This document shows positions 57,394 through 64,000 of a stretch of DNA of 64,000 nucleotides, in pieces; position 1 is the first letter of the stretch; each line of letters opens with the position of its first letter. The translations under genes and the position numbers were made by a program. The notes under the pieces were generated by a model. The model had not been told where the DNA came from. It worked only from the letters and a program-made list of their open reading frames with translations, and ran no database searches. The stretch comes from Candidatus Omnitrophota bacterium. Lineage in GTDB: Bacteria; Omnitrophota; Omnitrophia; Omnitrophales; JACROU01. The stretch covers positions 194,926 through 258,925 of the forward strand of contig JAJDCD010000025.1 in assembly GCA_029261035.1 (NCBI GenBank), read 5' to 3'.

Positions 57394-58722
57394 CTATTTA
57401 AGCTCCATACTCATTTTTAAAAGTGCTGCAAATAGTATCCAATAAACAAAACAAAAAGCATTCCCGATCGAATAAATCCAACTTTCAAAGAAAGCTAAAC
57501 ATAGACCCACAATCACAGAGGAAAGCAAAGACAAAAAAAGTAAGAAATCTGAATGTCGGCGAAAGCGATACAATGAAAAAGCACTTTTTACAACAAACAA
57601 AAAGATTGGGAAAAAGAAAAGGAGAGCTCCTAGCAAACCTAGCTGACTTACGAGCCCCAAATAAGAATTATGTGCATAAGCACCAGAATGTTCTTCGAAA
57701 ATAATATCAAACTTAAAAAATATTTGATCTTCCGTGCCAAACCCATATCCCAGCCAAGGACGATAAGCAATTAATCTTAAAATTTCGTCCCACGCTTCTA
57801 GACGTCCACTCCCAGAGCTCAGGGTGTCCATTCGCACAATTTGAGCTATAAGGGAAGCCCCAAAAAGCTCTAAATAGAGCATAAACAGGCCCGCAACAAA
57901 AAATATAATAGTTAAAACAACATGTTTTTTGTTCTCAAAATAGTGCCAAAGAAAAAAACCCAAGCCTATTGCAGCGCTTAAAAAGCCTGACCTTGATTGA
58001 CTTAGAACAAGAGATAAAAGTAGAACTCCTAAAAAAATGAGTGCCCATTTTTTTCTTGTTGTTAAATAGAAGTATAAAGCCACAGGAGACAAAACAGCGG
58101 ACAAAAGTGCCACTGAATTAGGATTCGTGAAAATGCCTAAAAACCGGCCTCCCCCAACAAAAAAGAACCCAATGACAAAGACAACGAAAACAATTTTTAA
58201 TATATCACTAAGAATTAATTTAATTTTATCTGTACTATCCATATATTGCCAAACGGCAATAAAGATAGAAAAGTAGAAGAGTAGAATAGAAATACTTCTT
58301 TGAAAAGTAAGCTCTGGATCTATTGAGTAAACCTGAGAGTAAAAAGCTAAAGCAATAAAATTAAGGCCTAAAACATCCAACAATCTCACCTTTACTGATT
58401 TAACATCAGACAAAACCATTGAAATTGCTTTCAAAGAAACCACACCTAAAAACACCCATCTTAAATTAAGAAAAGCAGCTTGGATAGATAAGTGTGCACT
58501 CGATGCTAGCATAAATGCCAATGCTGTAGCTGCAATTAAATAGCGCAGGTCTAAAAAATATAAGACCACCAAAACGATTCCCAAAACCATAGCACCCATC
58601 ATCTGCCAGTTACTAGCAGCTATAGTCGTGCCTAGATAATAAGGCGCTAAAATAAGAGCCACTCCAAATAAGCAAACCCAAGTGAGTGACAAAATAACTG
58701 ATTTCGAACCAAATGTTTGCAT
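57394..58722 (-). CDS. O-antigen ligase / Wzy-like polytopic membrane protein
   Basis: It has about 12 transmembrane helices and a large periplasmic loop near the C-terminal third (GASLIAQIVRMDTLSSGSGRLEAWDE), as in WaaL/O-antigen-ligase family proteins. Confidence 0.6.
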   Translation of the reverse strand: MQTFGSKSVILSLTWVCLFGVALILAPYYLGTTIAASNWQMMGAMVLGIVLVVLYFLDLRYLIAATALAFMLASSAHLSIQAAFLNLRWVFLGVVSLKAISMVLSDVKSVKVRLLDVLGLNFIALAFYSQVYSIDPELTFQRSISILLFYFSIFIAVWQYMDSTDKIKLILSDILKIVFVVFVIGFFFVGGGRFLGIFTNPNSVALLSAVLSPVALYFYLTTRKKWALIFLGVLLLSLVLSQSRSGFLSAAIGLGFFLWHYFENKKHVVLTIIFFVAGLFMLYLELFGASLIAQIVRMDTLSSGSGRLEAWDEILRLIAYRPWLGYGFGTEDQIFFKFDIIFEEHSGAYAHNSYLGLVSQLGLLGALLFFFPIFLFVVKSAFSLYRFRRHSDFLLFLSLLSSVIVGLCLAFFESWIYSIGNAFCFVYWILFAALLKMSMELK

Positions 58723-58728
58723 GTAATC

Positions 58729-59901
58729 CTACTCTTTAGAACTCAAAGTAAATTCTTCTATATTTAAAGATTCAATCGTTTCCAAAAAACCTTCAGCACA
58801 TATCTCGGGAGAGTTTTGTGCTATTATTTCCAAGGACTTTTCTCCCATCTTTGAACACAAATCACGATCATTTATTAGTAATTTTATTTTCGCTAACAAC
58901 TGAGATACATCCCCCGGTTTAAATAAATACCCATTTTGACCTTCAAGAACCAAATCTGGCGCAGACCCTATATCTTCAGAAACAATTACAGGTAAACCAC
59001 AAGCCATAGCCTCATTAAGAACTAAACCCCACTCGTCTCTAAACGAAGGCATGATAAAAACATCAGAAATTCCATAATAAAAAGGGAGTTCTTCTTGCTG
59101 CTTAAAACCTTCAAAAAACACGTTTTTCAAATTATTTTTCTTACAATACTGCTTAAACTCTTCTTCATCCGGCCCATCTCCAACTAATACAAGCCCTATG
59201 CTTTCCTTATCCTTTAATTTTTCATACGCCTCTATTAGCGTCATGAAACCTTTGTAATGCAATAAACGGCCCACAGATACTAATATTCTTTTAGGATAAC
59301 CTCTGTTTTGCTTAATCTCTTCCTTAGTTTTTCGAACTTCAATTACCTTATTAGAAAATAATTCGTTATCTACAGCATTTCTTGCCGTTTTTATCTTCTC
59401 TTCTGGAATACCAAAGCTCTTCATATATTGAAAAGAGCTTTTCCCAGGAACAATACAACGACTCGCTTTTTTTGAAATGTATTTCCTATAAAATTGTGCG
59501 AGGGGCCATTTTACACGAACACTCTTTTCATGACTCTCACACCAAAGAATAAATTTTTTCTTAAATAATTTACAATACAAAAAAGCAACCAAATAAGAAG
59601 GATGTTGATATCCTCCACAGATAACCACATCCGGATTCCCTTGTGTCAAAAGCTTCCAAAGAGATGGGTTGAAAAAAATAGGAAATCTCAAAGGTAGACT
59701 CAATTTAAAACCTCTGATAATCTCATAATCAAAATCCATATCTTCTTCATGCATTTGCCATTTTCTCCCACCTGATATTCCGGAAAGAAATAGGACTTTA
59801 AAATCAAACTGATTCTCTTTTGCAATATGATTAAATACAGGGACTCTATAGGGAGAGACGATCTCTGTTAATAAAAACACCTTCTTTTCTTTATTATTCA
59901 T
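58729..59901 (-). CDS. Glycosyltransferase family 4
   Basis: It has the GT1/GT4 C-terminal domain GRLLHYKGF ... PSFRDEWGLVLNEAMACGLPVIVSE. Confidence 0.8.
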   Translation of the reverse strand: MNNKEKKVFLLTEIVSPYRVPVFNHIAKENQFDFKVLFLSGISGGRKWQMHEEDMDFDYEIIRGFKLSLPLRFPIFFNPSLWKLLTQGNPDVVICGGYQHPSYLVAFLYCKLFKKKFILWCESHEKSVRVKWPLAQFYRKYISKKASRCIVPGKSSFQYMKSFGIPEEKIKTARNAVDNELFSNKVIEVRKTKEEIKQNRGYPKRILVSVGRLLHYKGFMTLIEAYEKLKDKESIGLVLVGDGPDEEEFKQYCKKNNLKNVFFEGFKQQEELPFYYGISDVFIMPSFRDEWGLVLNEAMACGLPVIVSEDIGSAPDLVLEGQNGYLFKPGDVSQLLAKIKLLINDRDLCSKMGEKSLEIIAQNSPEICAEGFLETIESLNIEEFTLSSKE

Positions 59902-59916
59902 TTAATATCCCAAACA

Positions 59917-61035
59917 TCAATTTACAACCTGTTCTATTGAATCTAAAATTTGATGAGCCGTTCTACTCCAATTAAATGTCGCAGCTCTCTCTATCCCTTT
60001 TCTTCTTAAATCATTCTTAAATTCAGAATTTGAAAAAAGATGACACAATGTATCCGAATAAGCTTCTACGTCCATGGGGTCATGTAATATTCCAGCATCT
60101 CCAACCACCTCAGGAATCGAAGTAACATTGGACGCAATTAACGGGACTCCTGAAGCCATCGCTTCCAGCAACTGAAATCCAAACCCTTCAAATAAAGACG
60201 GGTCCAAATAAGCACTAGCTCCTTGATATAAGCGAATCAGCTCCTCTCCCACCGCAAACTTTCTAAAGAGTATAGAGGAATCCTCTTCAATGCCTAACTG
60301 CTCTGCAGTAGTTCCAACAATTACGAGCATTACCTGTAAACTTGTTTTTTTTCTAAATTGTCGATAAGCACGAATAACTGTTTCTGTATTATCTCTTAAA
60401 TCTCCTGTCGAAAAATGTAAGACATACTCCTGCCCCCCACTCACTTCTTCTCTAATCTTCTGAAGATTATCTAGATTATCTTCAAATACAAACTCTCTAT
60501 CCTGAGCAGCCTGAACAACCCTAATCTGATCAGATGCAATGCCGTATTTTTCTACCAAGTCTTGTTTGGTAAAGTCCGAGCTCGTTACAACCAACTTTGT
60601 TTTTCTGATGCTTTTTGGAAATATTCGTTCTAAATAAACCCTAGCCACTGAGCGAAGCAAACTAAATTTCTTTTGTTTCGCTCTATCCAATTGAATCCGG
60701 TAATCAGGAACTTCAAAAAGATAAATGATAAAGGGAGTATCTCCAATCAAGGGGATACAATCATAAGCTGTATGAACAATATCTAACTTATGCTTCCTTA
60801 TAAGCAAAGGAAGTTGAAACTGTTCCCAAACAGACCTCATCATCATCGAAACACCAACGCACTGCCAGTTCGGTTTATTTATATTAAAGCGTTCTGACAA
60901 AGATGAATTATAAAAAACAACAAACTCATGATTCGATGCAAGTTCTGATAAGGCTTCAACGATATTTTTTTGATAGCGTGTAATCCCTTTTCCTTGCGAC
61001 AAAAGACTTGTTGCGTCTATCCCTATACGTGCCAT
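59917..61035 (-). CDS. Glycosyltransferase family 4
   Basis: It has ARIGIDATSL ... PSLFEGFGFQLLEAMASGVPLIASN. Confidence 0.8.
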   Translation of the reverse strand: MARIGIDATSLLSQGKGITRYQKNIVEALSELASNHEFVVFYNSSLSERFNINKPNWQCVGVSMMMRSVWEQFQLPLLIRKHKLDIVHTAYDCIPLIGDTPFIIYLFEVPDYRIQLDRAKQKKFSLLRSVARVYLERIFPKSIRKTKLVVTSSDFTKQDLVEKYGIASDQIRVVQAAQDREFVFEDNLDNLQKIREEVSGGQEYVLHFSTGDLRDNTETVIRAYRQFRKKTSLQVMLVIVGTTAEQLGIEEDSSILFRKFAVGEELIRLYQGASAYLDPSLFEGFGFQLLEAMASGVPLIASNVTSIPEVVGDAGILHDPMDVEAYSDTLCHLFSNSEFKNDLRRKGIERAATFNWSRTAHQILDSIEQVVN

Positions 61036-61038
61036 GAG

Positions 61039-62112
61039 TTACTTATTCACCGCATTCAGTTCGGCATTTTTAGTAAACACATCCAAATGATCTTGAATCC
61101 AGGTCACAAGCTGGTGAACTCCAGCTTCCGGAGAAGTAGTTGGAGACCAATTTAATTCTTTTTTTGCTTTATTTATATTAGAAATATAAACTTTTTGATC
61201 ATTAGGACGCCAATCCCCATACTCCACTTGGATTTTTTTACTGAGCTGTTGCTCCAAAACCTCTTTCAACTCTAAAAGAGAAATGGTGTTTTCTTCACCC
61301 CCACCCATATTTACAACTAAACTCTTCTCGGAATTTTGAATAAAAGCATCAAAGGCATTAACAAGATCCGTAACAAACAAAATATCTCTCACTTGCTTTC
61401 CATCTCCATAGAAATTAATTGTTTTATCTAAAAGTGCTGCAATAGAAAACCAAGCTAACCAACCCTGATCTTCAAGCCCAAATTGACGCGTCCCATAAAT
61501 GCAAGACATGCGAAAAACGCCCACTTTCAAGCCGTAGTACGAGGCATAGTCTTGCATGTAAATATCTGCAGCAAGTTTAGAACACCCGTAAGGAGATCTC
61601 TCACAATGATCAATGCTAAACTCTTCTGGAATCCCCTCTTTATACCGCTTATCCGAAAACTGATAACGAGTCCCACACTCCTCTAGAGCAATATCATTAA
61701 CGTTTTTCCCGTAAACCTTGTTCGTTGAACAAAAAACAATCGAAGGCTTTTTTTCTTGCTTTCGAGCTGCTTCTAATACTTGAAACGAGCCTAATGCATT
61801 AATTTTGAAATCCACATCAGGTTGTTCGTAAGAAGAAGTCACAGCCGTCTGTCCTGCGGTATGAACGACAGCATCTGCGCCCTTCATCGAAACCTCCAGA
61901 AGATCTTGATCTAAAATATCTCCTTGGATCAAATGAACATTATCAAATTGCTTTAAGTAGTCCCAATTGAAGTTATATTGCAAATTCTTTTGCCCAAGCA
62001 AATGCATTCGAGAAAGGTTGTCATAAACAACAACTTCAACTCCTTTTTTAGCATAAAATTCGGCTACATGACTTCCTATAAATCCAGCCCCGCCTGTAAT
62101 AAATATTTTCAC
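61039..62112 (-). CDS. NAD-dependent epimerase/dehydratase (extended SDR)
   Basis: It has KIFITGGAGFIGSHV and YxxxK (YGCSKLAAD). Confidence 0.85.
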   Translation of the reverse strand: MKIFITGGAGFIGSHVAEFYAKKGVEVVVYDNLSRMHLLGQKNLQYNFNWDYLKQFDNVHLIQGDILDQDLLEVSMKGADAVVHTAGQTAVTSSYEQPDVDFKINALGSFQVLEAARKQEKKPSIVFCSTNKVYGKNVNDIALEECGTRYQFSDKRYKEGIPEEFSIDHCERSPYGCSKLAADIYMQDYASYYGLKVGVFRMSCIYGTRQFGLEDQGWLAWFSIAALLDKTINFYGDGKQVRDILFVTDLVNAFDAFIQNSEKSLVVNMGGGEENTISLLELKEVLEQQLSKKIQVEYGDWRPNDQKVYISNINKAKKELNWSPTTSPEAGVHQLVTWIQDHLDVFTKNAELNAVNK

Positions 62113-63248
62113 GATTTCGACCCCTTTATATTCATTTGATCATATAATTTTAAAATCTTATCAACCATTTGACTCTCTGAAAAAAAATCTTTTACTCTTT
62201 GATATCCACGCAGACCCATCTCAGTCCCTTTAGGGGCATCACCTCCTATTTGGGTGATGGCTTTACACAAAGAGGAAACATCGTTAGGAGGAATCAAGAG
62301 ACCCGTTTCTTTGTCTGCAACTAATTCGCAAACACCTCCCACATCCGTAGCAACAACGGGCTTTTTTAAAGCCATTGCCTCTAGTATCGTAATTGGAAGA
62401 CCCTCTAACTTTGACGGTAAAACAAAACAATTAAAAGAGTTCATCAGATCATAAATATCAGATCGATGCCCTGTAAAGAAAATGCAAGAATTTAGATTTA
62501 ACTGCGAAACCAAATCTCTTAACTCTTTTTCATAAGCTCCATTTTCTTCAAGATCTTTTCCTACAATAATAAACCGGTAATCTTTATTCTGCTTTATCAA
62601 CTGACTCGCTGCCAGTATAAATTCTTTCTGCCCTTTAATGGGACATAAGCGCCCAACAGTTCCAATCACCTTACAATCCACCTCAATGCCAAACTCCTCT
62701 AACACTGCTTCTCTAGATCTTAGAAACTGACATTTGTTCAAATCAATTCCATTATGGATCACATCAACACGATCTTTAGATATTCCCTGAACATCCAAGT
62801 CTTCACGCGTCGAATGAGAAATAGTTATGATTTTCTTGCACAAATACGCTGTTAAATTATCAAACAGACGTTGATATACTTGAATTAAAAAATGATCTCT
62901 AAATTTATTGGGTATATGTATATGAGCTATAATTGGCACCCCCGCAAGCGTTGCTCCCAACCTTGCTTGAATGTTAGCCGAAACCATAGCGTGCGTATGT
63001 ACTAAATCAATGTTCTCTTTCTTAAGCAAAGAAGAAAACTTGAATGCGTTACTAAAATGGTATGTCTTTTTAAAGGGAATGTAATAAACAGGAATTCCTT
63101 CTTTTAATAAGATTTGAGTAAAATCCCCATCATAAGGGGATACAACAACAATCTCATCTCCTCTTTTTATTGAAGCATCGATAATTTGCTTACAAACCTT
63201 TTGACCTCCAGAAACATCTCCACCAACAATCAAATGAGCTATCTTCAT
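62109..63248 (-). CDS. Glycosyltransferase family 4
   Basis: It has KIAHLIVGGDVSGGQKV ... PSKLEGLPITILEAMALKKPVVATDVGG. Confidence 0.8.
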   Translation of the reverse strand: MKIAHLIVGGDVSGGQKVCKQIIDASIKRGDEIVVVSPYDGDFTQILLKEGIPVYYIPFKKTYHFSNAFKFSSLLKKENIDLVHTHAMVSANIQARLGATLAGVPIIAHIHIPNKFRDHFLIQVYQRLFDNLTAYLCKKIITISHSTREDLDVQGISKDRVDVIHNGIDLNKCQFLRSREAVLEEFGIEVDCKVIGTVGRLCPIKGQKEFILAASQLIKQNKDYRFIIVGKDLEENGAYEKELRDLVSQLNLNSCIFFTGHRSDIYDLMNSFNCFVLPSKLEGLPITILEAMALKKPVVATDVGGVCELVADKETGLLIPPNDVSSLCKAITQIGGDAPKGTEMGLRGYQRVKDFFSESQMVDKILKLYDQMNIKGSKS

Positions 63249-63252
63249 TAAA

Positions 63253-63999
63253 TCAATTCACCTTTTTGGGTTTCTTACAAATCCCAATAATATAATCCGC
63301 ACGTTTAAAATCATTTTCCAAAAAACTAAAATCAGAAATATCCATATCACTAAAAGGGGTTGTTCCTACCGCTTTTACAACTGGGTTCGTCCACTTTAAG
63401 AGGTTGAACTTATGTCTTAATTTAAAGAAATCCAGTTTCTGCAATATCTGGTGAAATCGACTTTGTTTTCTTTGTTGTCCAAACAAACTAATTTCAGAAA
63501 AGTAATTTTGTAATAATAACTCAAAATCTTTAGGGGACCATTCTTGAATATGATAGGGGTTTTCAGGAGATAAAGTTGTCTTAGAAACGTAAGGAGAAGA
63601 AACAATGTATACCCCTTCATCTTTCAAGACATTCACAATATTTTTTAGGTAAGGCTCTACGGATGGTAAATGTTCTATCGTTTCGAAAGAACAAGCCACA
63701 TCAAACGGACCCCCCTCTATTTGTAGTTTACATGCATCTTGAGCAAAGAATTGAATATTATCTCTCTGATATCTCTTCTGCGCGTATTGTACGGCCTCCT
63801 CAGAAAGATCCACACCAACAACCTGTTCAGAGAATTGAGACAAATATTCACTCCCATACCCTACACCACAAGCAACATCCAAAACTCTTTTTCCCTCACA
63901 GTGATTTCGGGCAAACTCATATCGTGCTAAATGAATAGAAATAATCCCTTTAGGGGTTTTGTCTGGAATGATTCTTTCGTCAAAATCCGCTTTATTCAC
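63253..63999 (-). CDS. Class I SAM-dependent methyltransferase (the N-terminus may extend beyond the window edge)
   Basis: It has the SAM-binding motif VLDVACGVGYGSEYL ... VDLS ... FDVACSFETIEHL. The listed start at 63997-63999 is a GTG, 1 nt from the window end. Confidence 0.7.
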   Translation of the reverse strand: MNKADFDERIIPDKTPKGIISIHLARYEFARNHCEGKRVLDVACGVGYGSEYLSQFSEQVVGVDLSEEAVQYAQKRYQRDNIQFFAQDACKLQIEGGPFDVACSFETIEHLPSVEPYLKNIVNVLKDEGVYIVSSPYVSKTTLSPENPYHIQEWSPKDFELLLQNYFSEISLFGQQRKQSRFHQILQKLDFFKLRHKFNLLKWTNPVVKAVGTTPFSDMDISDFSFLENDFKRADYIIGICKKPKKVN

Positions 64000-64000
64000 T

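Noticed and set aside
1-64000. Mobile genetic elements, prophage, toxin-antitoxin or restriction-modification/defence islands
   Set aside because: No transposase, integrase, phage structural, nuclease/helicase defence or small toxin-antitoxin gene pairs were recognised in any frame. No tRNA genes were found to serve as integration sites. The window appears to be core chromosome plus a surface-polysaccharide locus.

Overview
AT-rich segment of a Gram-negative bacterial chromosome, densely coding, with no transposase, integrase, CRISPR array, rRNA or tRNA recognised. Genes run on the minus strand from 1 to about 42.4 kb, on the plus strand from 42.5 to 53.9 kb, and on the minus strand again from 53.9 to 64 kb.

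- **Heat-shock module (1-2.5 kb):** dnaJ (3' end cut by the window edge), grpE and hrcA, with a near-perfect CIRCE operator just upstream of hrcA.
- **2.5-16 kb:** a lipoprotein, an FtsH-like AAA metalloprotease, uvrA, and a surface-protein trio consisting of a lipoprotein, a 1553-aa putative outer-membrane protein and a 527-aa putative outer-membrane protein.
- **Amino-acid biosynthesis array (16.3-29.0 kb):** eleven co-directional genes, argC-argJ-argB-argD-argF-argG-argH-lysA-dapF-dapA-dapB. Its intergenic gaps carry a family of structured repeats, which I consider the most interesting unexplained signal in the window. Three REP-like 3'-UTR elements have covarying outer stems. A conserved module (hairpin, then TTTTGTGAAGT, then a 20-bp palindrome ATCRTCACA-CA-TGTGAYGAT) sits in front of both argF and dapF. 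TAGCG/CGCTA inverted repeats are also present.
- **29.5-42.4 kb:** rnc with a histone-H1-like lysine-rich C-terminal tail, an AsmA-like protein, rplM and rpsI, truA, asd, a leuB-type dehydrogenase, thiG, glgA with a stand-alone CBM48 protein, a DegT aminotransferase and a methyltransferase.
- **Polysaccharide locus (42.5-64 kb):** a Wzm/Wzt ABC-transporter-dependent polysaccharide cluster (O-antigen or capsule-like). The Wzt has a C-terminal extension. The locus contains five GT4 glycosyltransferases, two sulfotransferase-fold proteins, a NodU/CmcH-type carbamoyltransferase, three SAM methyltransferases, a UDP-sugar dehydrogenase, two SDR epimerase/dehydratases, an AsnB-type amidotransferase, a WecA-like initiating transferase with an extra cytoplasmic domain, and an O-antigen-ligase-like membrane protein. 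This predicts a sulfated, carbamoylated and methylated glycan. A 21-nt hairpin leader motif occurs twice inside this locus.

Taxonomy is left open. The CIRCE/HrcA module, glycogen genes and the H1-like tail resemble the chlamydial/PVC group, but the full Arg/Lys pathways and the elaborate polysaccharide locus argue for a less reduced, possibly free-living or facultatively host-associated lineage.
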